Numbered from the stretch's first letter, positions 27,868 to 37,433 are shown. The stretch is DNA of 64,000 nt from an uncultured Smithella sp. (GCA_964443625.1 CAYUDM010000009.1:10005-74004); one strand, 5' to 3'. The notes: generated by a model from the letters alone, not told the origin. Translations and numbers: made by a program.

Positions 27868-28598
27868 AAGCCGCCTTTTTCGGTCAACGATGCGATTCGT
27901 CCGTCAAACAATTCGACGACGCGATCAGCGTCTCTGGCAATGGCATGATTGTGCGTGACGACAACCAGCGTTAAACGCTTCGCCCGGGAAAGGTCTTGTA
28001 ATAGATGCATCACCGCTTCCGAGCTTTTACTGTCGAGATTGCCGGTCGGTTCGTCCGCAAGCAGGATGGACGGGCTGTTGGCCAGGCTTCTGGCAATGGC
28101 CACTCTTTGCTTTTCACCGCTGGAGAGTTCATCCGGATACCTGTGGCGCTTCGCGTCAAGACCGACTCGATGCAGAAGGTCATGCGCCGCGTCAAGCCTC
28201 TGCGCGCGGCTTTTGACGACGCCGAACATGGGAATCTGGACGTTTTCCAACGCGGTGAACGCGGGAAGCAACTGAAAAGACTGGAACACAAAACCGATAG
28301 CCCGTGCGCGCAACCGAGCCCATTTGACGGCGCTTTCCGGCTCGGCGCCATTGATCAGGACGCTCCCCTGCGTGGGCTGATCCAGCCCGCTCATCAGGTT
28401 GAGTAAAGTCGTCTTGCCGCTGCCGCTGGGCCCAACGACGGCCAGAAATTCTCCCCGTCGCACCCCGAGGGTGATATCCTCAAGCGCGGTGACCGACCCG
28501 GCCGGATACAGACGGGAGACACTGGAAAATTCAATGGCATGACGGGAAAGCGATGAAAAACAAGACGAAGAGTCTTTTCTGGTAGCTGACTGCTGCAC
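27864..28598 (-). CDS. ABC transporter ATP-binding protein (LolD/MacB-like)
   Basis: Walker A GPSGSGKTT, signature LSSGEKQRVAIAR, and Walker B LLADEPTGNLD. Confidence 0.9.
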   Translation of the reverse strand: MQQSATRKDSSSCFSSLSRHAIEFSSVSRLYPAGSVTALEDITLGVRRGEFLAVVGPSGSGKTTLLNLMSGLDQPTQGSVLINGAEPESAVKWARLRARAIGFVFQSFQLLPAFTALENVQIPMFGVVKSRAQRLDAAHDLLHRVGLDAKRHRYPDELSSGEKQRVAIARSLANSPSILLADEPTGNLDSKSSEAVMHLLQDLSRAKRLTLVVVTHNHAIARDADRVVELFDGRIASLTEKGGL

Positions 28599-28730
28599 CT
28601 GGCCCCCTTTGCGGATGCCCGTCGGATTGGACAGGATCTTTTGAACACAGCCGGATCATGCGCTGCGTTTCGCGTCTCCGAAACAACGGAATATAACGGT
28701 TAAGTTAATAATGGAGGCCGGAATAACTTG

Positions 28731-29375
28731 TCAAGATGATTTTCCGGCTTCGGATCCTTTGAAAAGTCCCAGTTCTTGCATTTGCCGGCAAAAGGTTTTC
28801 TCATCGGTATAGAGCATGGCATGCATACCCTTGAGACTGGCCCGTTCAACATGTCCCGGAGAATCGTCAACAAACGCAATCGCGCCCGGCGCGGAGTTCA
28901 GGTGCCTGGCGATATCGTCAAAAAGCGAGGCGTCGCGTTTTCCTTTGCCCAGATGGTAGCTGTTGAAGACATGATCGAATTCCTTGAAGAAATCATCTCT
29001 TGCGTTTAATGCATCGAGCATTTCAATTTGATCGCTCAAGATGGCGACGCTCAAGCCGCGGGCTTTCAGCTTTCTGACACAATTGATCATCGACTTGCGT
29101 AAAATAAAACCGGAGAAAATCATCTGATAACTTTCAGCGGCATTCCCCGCAATGCCGGTTTTTTCCTGCAGAACTTTCCAGAAACCGGGCCAGGTCCCCT
29201 TCCCCAGAAGATAACCTGTTTCATAGGCCATGTCGGCCGCTTCCTCCACAAACTTCTCGCCGTCTATGCCGTTGGCATCGGCAATGGCCATCCAGCCGTT
29301 TTTCCAGCCTTCCTCGGCCAGTACCCCGCCGAAATCAAACAGCACGACCCGAATCTTTTCTTCTTGAGGCATCAC
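28731..29375 (-). CDS. HAD-superfamily hydrolase
   Basis: Motif I VVLFDFGGVL and a late FVDDSPGHV motif. Confidence 0.75.
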   Translation of the reverse strand: MMPQEEKIRVVLFDFGGVLAEEGWKNGWMAIADANGIDGEKFVEEAADMAYETGYLLGKGTWPGFWKVLQEKTGIAGNAAESYQMIFSGFILRKSMINCVRKLKARGLSVAILSDQIEMLDALNARDDFFKEFDHVFNSYHLGKGKRDASLFDDIARHLNSAPGAIAFVDDSPGHVERASLKGMHAMLYTDEKTFCRQMQELGLFKGSEAGKSS

Positions 29376-29634
29376 ACTTTCTTCCCTTTCGTTGATAAAC
29401 TTCGCCGCCTTCCCGCTTCAGATTCGAGACTATACGCACGGAGACGCAAAGTTGCAACCGAAAGCCTTTGACCGAAATGATTTTCTTAACAAGGAATTGA
29501 CATCTCGATAAAAGACAAGGTAAAAGCGCGCATGCAAAACGCCTTAGGTCATGCGGGATCTCTTTCTTGCTCAAACGCAGGACATTCCTGCAAAAGCTTT
29601 TTAGTCAATGGAGAATACTTAACGGGACCGATCC

Positions 29635-30204
29635 ATGAATCATTTTGAAACACCCGGAATTGTCGGAGGAATTCCCACCGAGGCTCAGTGCCTTGTCATC
29701 ATGGAAAGATATTCCATGCTCCCCAATATCATCGATCATTCTTTCCAGGTTATGCGCGTCGCCACGGCGATCACAGATCATCTCCAGGACGGACTTCCCG
29801 TCAACCGGCAAAAGGTGCTCGCAGGCGCGTTGCTCCATGATATTACCAAAACCCGGTCTCTTTCCACCCGAGAGCGCCACGACGAATCAGGCGGCGCTTT
29901 GATGCGGGAAATGGGTTTCCCCGATCTTGCCGAGATCGTCGAGCAGCATGTTCGACTTCAGAACCTCACACTTAACGGCATGATTGAGGAAAAAGAAATT
30001 GTTTACTATGCCGACAAACGGGTTATGCACGACAGAATTGTCAGCGTGGAAGACCGTTTTCAAGATCTGCTGGTAAGATACGGCCAGACAGAAGAAACCC
30101 GCCTCAAAATCCTGCAAAACAAAGATCATGTGCTTGTCGTAGAAAAGAAGATTGCCCGATTTATGAAAGTCGGTCCTGACTGCGCTCTCGGCATGATCAA
30201 ATAA
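29635..30204 (+). CDS. HD-domain phosphohydrolase
   Basis: H...LLHDITK...RHDESG pattern. Confidence 0.7.
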   Translation: MNHFETPGIVGGIPTEAQCLVIMERYSMLPNIIDHSFQVMRVATAITDHLQDGLPVNRQKVLAGALLHDITKTRSLSTRERHDESGGALMREMGFPDLAEIVEQHVRLQNLTLNGMIEEKEIVYYADKRVMHDRIVSVEDRFQDLLVRYGQTEETRLKILQNKDHVLVVEKKIARFMKVGPDCALGMIK

Positions 30205-30463
30205 TCCGTTGCAACCTCAACGAACGATTCCACTTGTCATTAATATTGCACCAGCCCGAACAATTTCTTGCTCCCCTTGCATAATTTTTTCTCAAAACAG
30301 CGTTTCGCTTTTCACCCCATTAAACACCGAAGTGAAATATTTCAAAGAGTTCTACAAGCCACTGTGATTACCATCACACGACGCAATCTATTAAGTATTT
30401 GTAATTATTATTAAAGTTAATTTTCCAGGCAGCCGAGAAGTATAAGCAGGAGGATTATTTTTT

Positions 30464-30691
30464 ATGCGCGCTATTGCAGTTCCATACAAAAGCCGTTTAG
30501 AGTTAACCCATATGTCAACCATCAGAATTCTGGCCCAAAGAAATTTCATATCGCGCCTGCATCGCTTTCTTAATCATACCCTCCACCGGGATGGATTGCA
30601 TCAGGACAGCGGAAGCCGGATGACCAGACTGTGCCGGATTCTTCTTGGATTTGCAGTGATTTACTTCACCTCGTCACTCTTTTTGAGATAA
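30464..30691 (+). CDS. Hypothetical small protein with a C-terminal hydrophobic segment
   Basis: AGGAGG SD 11 nt upstream. I recognise no similarity to anything. Confidence 0.25.
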   Translation: MRAIAVPYKSRLELTHMSTIRILAQRNFISRLHRFLNHTLHRDGLHQDSGSRMTRLCRILLGFAVIYFTSSLFLR

Positions 30692-30768
30692 GTCCGGCTT
30701 TCGCTAGTCCTGCTAGTCGCGGCATTTGTCCATGCAAGCACAAATCCATTGTTGGTTGTACGACTGCA

Positions 30769-31566
30769 TTATAAGAGCTTTTTATTTTTGAGGGCATGGA
30801 CCACCAGAAACGTGTTCCATTCATGATCTTCGCCGCCCCATGAACCGTCCTTCTTCTGCACGTTCACCAAAAGGGGAAAGGCCTTCTCCCATTGGAGGTG
30901 CGCCGGTTCGGAATCCAAATGCGCCAGGGCATTGAGGGTCAAAAAAAATGGAATCGGCGAGGGCCATATCCCTGAATCTTTTTGCTGCTTGGCCAAATCA
31001 TTAACCAGATTAAACGTGGCTGGATCTTTCGCGTAAACGGGATGAACGATCAATGCGCGCAAAATATTACTTCTATCCGGCCAGATATCTTCCTCCCGCT
31101 CCTGTGCGGCCAACCATTGGATAAGTAACTGATAGTGCGTCTCGACCCGATCTTCCTTTTCCATTTGGAATACGGAAGCCAGAAAAAGCGTTGCGCACAT
31201 CAGGGTCAATGGCTGCCTGGCCGCCACAAAAGGCAATCCCTGAAAATCATCGGATGCCCACTGTTCAGAATACAGCCCCGACAGATCTTTCGTTAAGGTC
31301 TGATTGATCAGCCATTCCAATCCCTTATGGATATCAGGCGTTCTTTCCCGGTAGGTGAGATGCAAACCAAACAAGCGTCTGATCGTTTCAAGAGGCGATT
31401 GAAACCAGGAGCCATCAGCCGACTGTTTTTCCATCAGTGAAAGCACCGTATGGTCGAAATCCCTTTTCCAGTCGGGATTATCGGATTCCCCAAGCCATTT
31501 TTTTCGCGCATACAACCCGGCCGACGAGGAACTGGCGTGAAATATTTCAAAAGCATTATACTTCAT
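30769..31566 (-). CDS. Prenyltransferase/terpene-cyclase-like repeat protein
   Basis: Repeated QxxDGSW-type motifs (EKQSADGSWF, QQKDSGIWP, QKKDGSWGG). I trimmed the start to MKYNAF, because the longer ORF (to 31779) runs through a tRNA remnant. Confidence 0.45.
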   Translation of the reverse strand: MKYNAFEIFHASSSSAGLYARKKWLGESDNPDWKRDFDHTVLSLMEKQSADGSWFQSPLETIRRLFGLHLTYRERTPDIHKGLEWLINQTLTKDLSGLYSEQWASDDFQGLPFVAARQPLTLMCATLFLASVFQMEKEDRVETHYQLLIQWLAAQEREEDIWPDRSNILRALIVHPVYAKDPATFNLVNDLAKQQKDSGIWPSPIPFFLTLNALAHLDSEPAHLQWEKAFPLLVNVQKKDGSWGGEDHEWNTFLVVHALKNKKLL

Positions 31567-31582
31567 TTCTGATTCCTTGCAA

Positions 31583-31659
31583 AAAATGCCCGCTTCTTTC
31601 GAAACGGGCATTTTGTTTGGCTCCACAGCGCGGACTCGAACCACGGACATGCTGGTTAA
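31583..31659 (-). repeat. Direct repeat 1: duplicated tRNA-Asn 3' half (anticodon loop to CCA) plus terminator hairpin
   Basis: 77 bp, with 1 mismatch against 31947-32023. The tRNA-derived part is 31618-31659. The ATGCCCG/CGGGCAT hairpin is followed by T6 on the minus strand. Confidence 0.85.
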
Positions 31660-31940
31660 TCCCGCCTTGGGCGGGACTCTATCGACTGAGCCTCCACCAG
31701 ATAACGAATAACACCTCTGCCCTTGATTCGCTTTTCCAGTATCATCGCCTCGGAACGACTTGAAACCTTTTGTGTCCATATCACTTTCCAGGGCCCTTTA
31801 AAACGCTTGGTTGTTTTAGAACCCAGGTAATCGGAATTGTTGTGTTCGGAGAATCGGCGATCCAAATTATCCGTATGACCAATGTAATGACGACCGCTTG
31901 CCACACTCTGTAAAATATAGACCCAATAAGTCATGTCCAT
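31656..31940 (-). CDS. GIY-YIG nuclease-family protein (small, stand-alone)
   Basis: YWVYILQSVASGRHYIGHTDNLDRRFSEHN matches the GIY-YIG motifs. The last about 16 codons and the TAA stop are encoded by tRNA-like sequence. Confidence 0.8.
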   Translation of the reverse strand: MDMTYWVYILQSVASGRHYIGHTDNLDRRFSEHNNSDYLGSKTTKRFKGPWKVIWTQKVSSRSEAMILEKRIKGRGVIRYLVEAQSIESRPRRD

Positions 31941-31949
31941 TTCACGAAA

Positions 31950-31975
31950 ATGCCCGCTTCTTTCGAAACGGGCAT
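31950..31975 (-). terminator. Hairpin immediately 3' of tRNA-Asn
   Basis: ATGCCCG-N12-CGGGCAT. The minus strand continues TTTCGTG, a weaker U-tract than in the duplicate copy. Confidence 0.5.
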
Positions 31976-31981
31976 TTTGTT

Positions 31982-32057
31982 TGGCTCCCCAGCGCGGACT
32001 CGAACCACGGACATGCTGGTTAACAGCCAGCCGCTCTACCGACTGAGCTACTGGGGA
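31982..32057 (-). tRNA. tRNA-Asn (anticodon GTT), CCA encoded
   Basis: Hand-folded sequence: TCCCCAG TA GCTC AGTCGGTA GAGC G GCTGG CTGTTAA CCAGC ATGTC CGTGG TTCGAGT CCGCG CTGGGGA G CCA. Confidence 0.9.
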
Positions 32058-32093
32058 ATATTCACTTTTCTAAAGATCCTCCCTCAACGGCAC

Positions 32094-32157
32094 CTGCTGG
32101 TTAATCCCGCCAACGATGGGACTCTAACGATCCTTCTGAAGCAGGACTACTGGGAAA
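32094..32157 (-). pseudogene. Degenerate tRNA-like remnant upstream of tRNA-Asn
   Basis: It shares ..ctactggg(g)aatattc with the tRNA 5' flank and acceptor. It also shares gctggttaatcccgcc..gggactcta.cga with the sequence at the GIY-YIG 3' end (31651-31690). Confidence 0.5.
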
Positions 32158-32392
32158 TATTCTTTTTTCACAGCTCTTTTCCCTTAACTTGTCCTAGTGT
32201 CGATTTCGAAGACTCGTCATCGGGAAAAAATTCAGCGGCTACATAATACAACTCGACCCCATTGTCAACCATTACAATTAAATATTTCCATATTGTTTTC
32301 CCTCAAGGAGAAACTTAGCTGACCGATGGAATCTGTCCTAAACCTAAAGGATCGGTGCCGGTTTCACCTTCGGAAAACATTTTTTCAAATAC

Positions 32393-33202
32393 CTACTCTA
32401 ATTTGTGCAGATAAATGTCCTGCTGGGGAAACGGGATGGTAACTCCGTTTGCATCAAATTGCTTTTTAATCTGCTCTTGTAAGTCGAAAAACACTCCCCA
32501 GTAGTCTTCGGTTTTGACCCAGGGCCGAACGGCAAAGTCAACACTGCTTTCGGCCAGCGACATGATGGCAATGGTCGGAGCCGGCTCGGACAAAATCCGT
32601 GAATCACTGGTGAGAATTTCTTTAATGATTGATCGGACCTTGTCGATGTCATCCCCGTAGCTGACAGAGGCGACCAGATCGACGCGCCGCTGATCCAAAG
32701 CGGAATAGTTGGTAATATTGTCCGCGGTCAGCTTGGCATTCGGAATAATGATCATTTTATTATCAGGCGTTTTGAGCGTTGATGTGAAAATACCGATCGC
32801 TTCTACGACGCCCGCCGTTCCAGCCGCTTCGATGTAGTCACCAACCTTGAATGGTTTAAAAATCACCATTAGGACACCGGCTGCGAAATTGGCCAGCGAT
32901 CCCTGCAAAGCCAGGCCGATGGCCAGACCGGCGGCACCGATCACGGCAATGAACGAGGCTGTCTGGACGCCCAGTTGTCCGAGCGCAGCAATCACCACAA
33001 ACGCTACAACCGCGACGTAGACAACGCTCGATGTAAAAGACACGAGTATTTCATCGACCTTCCCTTGTCTCATCAGGCGCCGCACAAGCTTGCGCAGCAG
33101 TTTCGCCGCAGCAATTCCGATAACGAGAATCGCGATGGCGGCAATGACCTTCAAGCCGTATAGCGTGATCCATGACATGGCTGTATCGAATATGTTTTCC
33201 AT
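32393..33202 (-). CDS. Small-conductance mechanosensitive channel (MscS family)
   Basis: Three N-terminal TM segments and a conserved pore helix (GAAGLAIGLALQGSLANFAAGV), followed by a beta domain. Confidence 0.85.
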   Translation of the reverse strand: MENIFDTAMSWITLYGLKVIAAIAILVIGIAAAKLLRKLVRRLMRQGKVDEILVSFTSSVVYVAVVAFVVIAALGQLGVQTASFIAVIGAAGLAIGLALQGSLANFAAGVLMVIFKPFKVGDYIEAAGTAGVVEAIGIFTSTLKTPDNKMIIIPNAKLTADNITNYSALDQRRVDLVASVSYGDDIDKVRSIIKEILTSDSRILSEPAPTIAIMSLAESSVDFAVRPWVKTEDYWGVFFDLQEQIKKQFDANGVTIPFPQQDIYLHKLE

Positions 33203-33583
33203 TGTTCACCTCCTGTTTATTTTTTCAGTAATTTTGTTGATGAAGGTAAAGCCTGCTGCCAAGGTCACCCTTTGACGCGCCGAGGCCAGTTTACATCCAA
33301 TTTATCGTTAGCACGGATATTTAATGATGTATACAATTGTTGACGATTTTCTTACTATTTGCAGTGTATCTAAATGGTTGCGCTGGATTTGCAACACACA
33401 TACTGCCACCGTAACATACGATTCCGGCTTGACAATAAAGTTGGGCCCTTTTAAAAGAGTTCAGCCTACTTTCGCGGTTTACGGATCAAGCCGGTTTGAT
33501 CCGCCACGCATCGGACGTCACTCCAGTCCGGCCGGACGGCGCCGGAAGAGCGTTTCACATTCCACTTAAAAGGAGATTTCGCG

Positions 33584-34837
33584 ATGAATGATGTGGTTAT
33601 TGTTTCAGCGTGCAGAACAGCGATCGGAACATTTGGAGGAACCTTAAAAGACATGATTGGCGCCCGCATTGCCGCCGTCGTGATGAAGGAAGCGATTAAA
33701 CGTGCGGGCATCGATCCGGCGATCATTGATGACGTCCGCTTCGGCTGCTGTATTGAATCCTGCAACACACTCAACACGGCCCGCGTGGGCGCGCTGTTGG
33801 CCGGTATTCCGGAAACGGTGACCGCCGTCACGATGAATCGCGTCTGCATCTCGGGCATGGAGGCGGTCTTAAGCGGCATGGCTATGATTCAGGCGGGCAT
33901 GGCGGACATCATTTTGGCAGGCGGTGTGGAACACATGTCCGGAGTTCCCTATGTCAATTTCGAATCGCGCTGGGGTTGCCGGCTTCAGGATACCGTTTTT
34001 ATTGACGCAATGATCCGCGCTTTGCATTGCGGCTCGTATGTTCAACCCTTATCCGACGATGGTCCCGTCAAATCCGGACAGCCCTTTGAAAGCCTGAAAG
34101 GCAAACCTTACATCATGGGGCATACGGCGGAACTGATCGCCCAGATGTTGAACATCAGTCGCCAGGAAATGGATGAAGTCGCCCTGCGCAGCCATAACAA
34201 TGTCGAGCGAGCTACCAAAAACGGCGACTTTAAGGAAGAAATCGTGCCTGTTGAACTTCCCTCAAGAAAAGGAAAACCGCCTGTTATTTTCGATAAGGAT
34301 GAACATTTCCGACCCGGATTGACTATGGAACAGCTACAGGCACTGCCTCCGGCGTTTATTCCCAAGGTAGGCAAGGTAACCGCGGGCAATTCCTCGGGAC
34401 TCAACGACGGCGCCGCTGCGATGGTCATCATGTCCGCCGAAAGAGCCAGGGAACTGGGTTTGACACCGATTGCCCGGATTCGCTCTTGCGCGCGTGGTGG
34501 CTGTCATCCTTCCGTGATGGGTTTGAGCCCGGTTCCGGCCGTCAGAAACCTGCTCAAAAACGATCCGAAACTTTCCCTGAAAGATTTTGAATTAATGGAA
34601 CTCAACGAAGCTTTTGCCGGTCAGTACCTTGGCTGCGAGAAAGAACTGGGCATCAACCGGGAAATCACAAACGTCAATGGTTCAGGCATCGGCCTGGGTC
34701 ATCCCGTCGGGGCAACGGGTTGCCGGATCATGGTGACTCTTCTTCACACAATGAAAAAACAAGGAAAAACACTGGGCCTGGCCACCCTGTGCGGCGGCGG
34801 CGGCGTGTCAATGGCCTGCGCGATCGAGATGATTTAA
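33584..34837 (+). CDS. Thiolase (acetyl-CoA C-acyltransferase family)
   Basis: MNDVVIVSACRTAIGTFGG.., NRVCISGM (active-site Cys), and the C-terminal GGGGVSMA. Confidence 0.9.
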   Translation: MNDVVIVSACRTAIGTFGGTLKDMIGARIAAVVMKEAIKRAGIDPAIIDDVRFGCCIESCNTLNTARVGALLAGIPETVTAVTMNRVCISGMEAVLSGMAMIQAGMADIILAGGVEHMSGVPYVNFESRWGCRLQDTVFIDAMIRALHCGSYVQPLSDDGPVKSGQPFESLKGKPYIMGHTAELIAQMLNISRQEMDEVALRSHNNVERATKNGDFKEEIVPVELPSRKGKPPVIFDKDEHFRPGLTMEQLQALPPAFIPKVGKVTAGNSSGLNDGAAAMVIMSAERARELGLTPIARIRSCARGGCHPSVMGLSPVPAVRNLLKNDPKLSLKDFELMELNEAFAGQYLGCEKELGINREITNVNGSGIGLGHPVGATGCRIMVTLLHTMKKQGKTLGLATLCGGGGVSMACAIEMI

Positions 34838-34890
34838 GCGCAAGACGTAATCCAAGCGTTGAGTTTTCGGTTACAAGCTTTAAGCGGGAA

Positions 34891-34921
34891 GGCCGGGGGA
34901 CGATCGTCCTCCGGCCTTTTT
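34891..34921 (+). terminator. Rho-independent terminator after the thiolase gene
   Basis: GGCCGGGGGACGATCGTCCTCCGGCC hairpin followed by TTTTT. Confidence 0.7.
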
Positions 34922-34951
34922 AGCCTGAAGCTACAGTCTATCAGTTTTTGT

Positions 34952-35311
34952 TTATACTTGCGCCACTCTTCTGGAGATCTTTTTGAGGCGACTGATCTGA
35001 AGCCTCAAAGTGACGGCTTTCTTATCATCTCTTTCCTCAATGGCCTGCCATCTTTGAATTTTAAGCTCCCGAATTTTTGCTTTCACTTGGGGCTTGGTCA
35101 GTTTGATTTTAACTTTGTGTTTGGATTTGTGAACGGGCGCTTCATCTTTGATGCCCTTGGCTTCTTTGATGAAGGCTACAAGTTCCTCTTTTTTCATGTC
35201 ATGGACGGCTTTTTCATGCGGGAATTCGGCCGCCAACTCCCGCAATTCCTTCACGGTTAATTTTTCCAGGGGTTTTTCTTCGGCATGTTTTTTGTGGGTT
35301 TCTTCAGACAT
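34952..35311 (-). CDS. Lys-rich small protein with a Rho-N/SAP-like N-terminal helix pair
   Basis: LTVKELRELAAEF..KKEELVAFIKEAKG. AAAGGAGG SD. Confidence 0.4.
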   Translation of the reverse strand: MSEETHKKHAEEKPLEKLTVKELRELAAEFPHEKAVHDMKKEELVAFIKEAKGIKDEAPVHKSKHKVKIKLTKPQVKAKIRELKIQRWQAIEERDDKKAVTLRLQISRLKKISRRVAQV

Positions 35312-35486
35312 CGCTTACAGACCTCCTTTATTTTTTTAGGTTTCAAGGAATCGACTGGCAATGCTTTGAAATGGCGATGGTCTTTTATGACACAGATTCC
35401 ACCCCGTTTCAATTGAGTATTTTCTACCGCCCATCCTATCGCCACTCGCCTATCGCCTAACCCCATTTTCCCCGTCCTTTTTCCCC

Positions 35487-35515
35487 TTGACATATTATGG
35501 GCATATGCTTATATC
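35487..35515 (+). promoter_or_regulatory. Sigma-70-type promoter candidate for the DUF134/sigma-54-activator pair
   Basis: TTGACA, a 17-nt spacer, then TATATC, located 22 nt upstream of the start at 35537. Confidence 0.5.
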
Positions 35516-35536
35516 TCTTAAAAAGGAGAAGGAAAG

Positions 35537-35890
35537 ATGCCCCGACCAAAATGTCACCGCCATGTCTGCGGAATGCCGGATGCCAATTACTTCAAGCCCC
35601 GCGGCATTCCCGCCCTTGAGCTTGAAGAAGTCGCGCTGCATCTGGATGAATTTGAAGCCATCCGCCTGGCGGATTACGAAAAACTCTATCAGGAGGAGGC
35701 GGCGGCCCGGATGAACATTTCCCGCCAAACCTTCGGCCGCATTATAGAGGCGGCCCGAGGCAAAATAGCCGATGCGCTCATTTCCGGCAAGGCACTCAAA
35801 ATTGAGGGCGGGCCCGTCAAAATGAAACCCAGTACCGCCGGGAAGGGCGAAAGCGCCCCCCGACTTCAAAAAGTCAAGGAGGGAAGATGA
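35537..35890 (+). CDS. DUF134 (UPF0251) putative DNA-binding protein
   Basis: MPRPKCHR..P....FKPRGIP......V.L..DE.EA.RL.D.....QEEAA..M.ISRQTF.R is the family pattern as I remember it. Confidence 0.7.
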   Translation: MPRPKCHRHVCGMPDANYFKPRGIPALELEEVALHLDEFEAIRLADYEKLYQEEAAARMNISRQTFGRIIEAARGKIADALISGKALKIEGGPVKMKPSTAGKGESAPRLQKVKEGR

Positions 35891-37239
35891 AGACCGCTGC
35901 GTCCTCAACGCTCAATTCCAGCGATGGACAAAACATCATTCTGGATTCCATTGCCGACGGCGTCTTTACTGTGGATCGCGAGTGGCGCATAACGTCTTTT
36001 AACCGCGCCGCCGAAAGCATCACCGGCGTGACCCGCGCCGAGGCGATTGGTCAGTTGTGCAAAGACGTGCTGAAGGCGGACATCTGCGAAAAAAACTGCT
36101 GCCTGCGGGCGACGATGAAAAGCGGTGAGCCCATCATCAATAAAAAAGTCCATATCATTGACGCGGGCGGCCACCGGTTTCCCATAAGCATTTCCACCGC
36201 GCTTCTGCGTAATGCCAAAGGAAGGCTTCTGGGTGCCGTTGAGACCTTCCGTGACATTCGCGTGGAAGAGCACTTGCGCAAGGCAATTTCGTCGAAGTAT
36301 TCCTTTGAGGACATTATTTCGAAAAATCACCGCATGCAACAGTTGTTTGACATCCTGCCGGACATCGCTGAAGGCGCAAGTACGGTGTTGATTGAAGGGG
36401 AAAGCGGCACCGGCAAGGAACTCATCGCCCGCGCCATCCATTCGCTGAGCGCGCGAAAAAAGCAGCCCTTTGTCGCCGTCAACTGCGGGGCGCTGCCCGA
36501 TACGCTTCTGGAGTCGGAACTCTTCGGTTACAAGGCCGGCGCGTTTACCGACGCGAAAAAAGACAAGCCGGGCCGCTTCCGTCTGGCCGAAAACGGCACG
36601 CTGTTTCTCGATGAAATCGGGGAACTGACGCCTGCGATGCAGGTCAAGCTCCTGCGCGTTCTTCAGGAAAAAACCTATGAGCCGCTGGGCGCTACCCAAA
36701 GTATTGCGCATAATGTCCGCATTGTGGCGGCCACCAACAAAAATCTTGACGAACTGGTCCGCAAAAGACAGTTTCGCGAGGATTTATACTACCGCATCAA
36801 CGTCTTTAAAATTTCATTGCCGCCCTTGCGCGAACGCTTGGAAGACATCCCGCTTCTGGTGGAACATTTTATTGAACGCTTCAATCTGCTCACGAAAAAA
36901 AATATCGAAGGCGCAAGCACCGAAGCAATGGCTGTCCTGATGGCATACGCCTGGCCGGGCAATGTCCGGGAGTTGGCCAATCTCATCGAGCGCGCTTTTA
37001 TTTTATGCAAGGGGGGGCTTATCGAAAAACATCACCTGCCGGAGTCGCTGGTTCGCCCCGCCGCCTCCAAAAACACTTCCCCGCCGCAATCGCTCTCTGA
37101 CGTCGAGGCAACCTACCTGATGGATGCCCTCCGGGCCAACGGCTGGAACCGTCTGGCCACCGCCCGGAAACTGGGGATGCACAAAAGCACGCTGTACCGC
37201 CGCATCAAGACGCTGGGGCTCATCCCTCCGCGCGCCTGA
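35887..37239 (+). CDS. Sigma-54-dependent transcriptional activator (PAS-AAA+-Fis HTH)
   Basis: [28 protein letters not shown] and the C-terminal [14 protein letters not shown]. Its start overlaps the DUF134 gene stop by 4 nt. Confidence 0.9.
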   Translation: MKTAASSTLNSSDGQNIILDSIADGVFTVDREWRITSFNRAAESITGVTRAEAIGQLCKDVLKADICEKNCCLRATMKSGEPIINKKVHIIDAGGHRFPISISTALLRNAKGRLLGAVETFRDIRVEEHLRKAISSKYSFEDIISKNHRMQQLFDILPDIAEGASTVLIEGESGTGKELIARAIHSLSARKKQPFVAVNCGALPDTLLESELFGYKAGAFTDAKKDKPGRFRLAENGTLFLDEIGELTPAMQVKLLRVLQEKTYEPLGATQSIAHNVRIVAATNKNLDELVRKRQFREDLYYRINVFKISLPPLRERLEDIPLLVEHFIERFNLLTKKNIEGASTEAMAVLMAYAWPGNVRELANLIERAFILCKGGLIEKHHLPESLVRPAASKNTSPPQSLSDVEATYLMDALRANGWNRLATARKLGMHKSTLYRRIKTLGLIPPRA

Positions 37240-37365
37240 ATTCAGAGTCGCAATAATACGACTAAGTTGCAGATGAAGTCGCATCATTGCGACGTCCAGC
37301 TCGACTTCCCGACGCTTTGCCTGCGCAATATACCGTGAATATTACATTTATTTTTTTGGCTGATC

Positions 37366-37381
37366 TGGCCCCTCTCTTGCA
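37366..37381 (+). promoter_or_regulatory. Sigma-54 (-24/-12) promoter candidate
   Basis: TGGCCCCTCTCTTGCA has the exact GG-N10-GC spacing of TGGCAC-N5-TTGCW. It lies 52 nt upstream of the 37434 start. Confidence 0.55.
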
Positions 37382-37433
37382 TTATAAGTGATCAGACTTA
37401 AACCACGCCAGCGCTCGATGAGCGCCAGAGGAA

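Noticed and set aside
30769-31779. The long form (336 aa) of the prenyltransferase-like ORF.
   Set aside because: Its first 71 codons run through the duplicated tRNA-Asn 3' half and terminator. An internal ATG at 31566 gives a sensible N-terminus.
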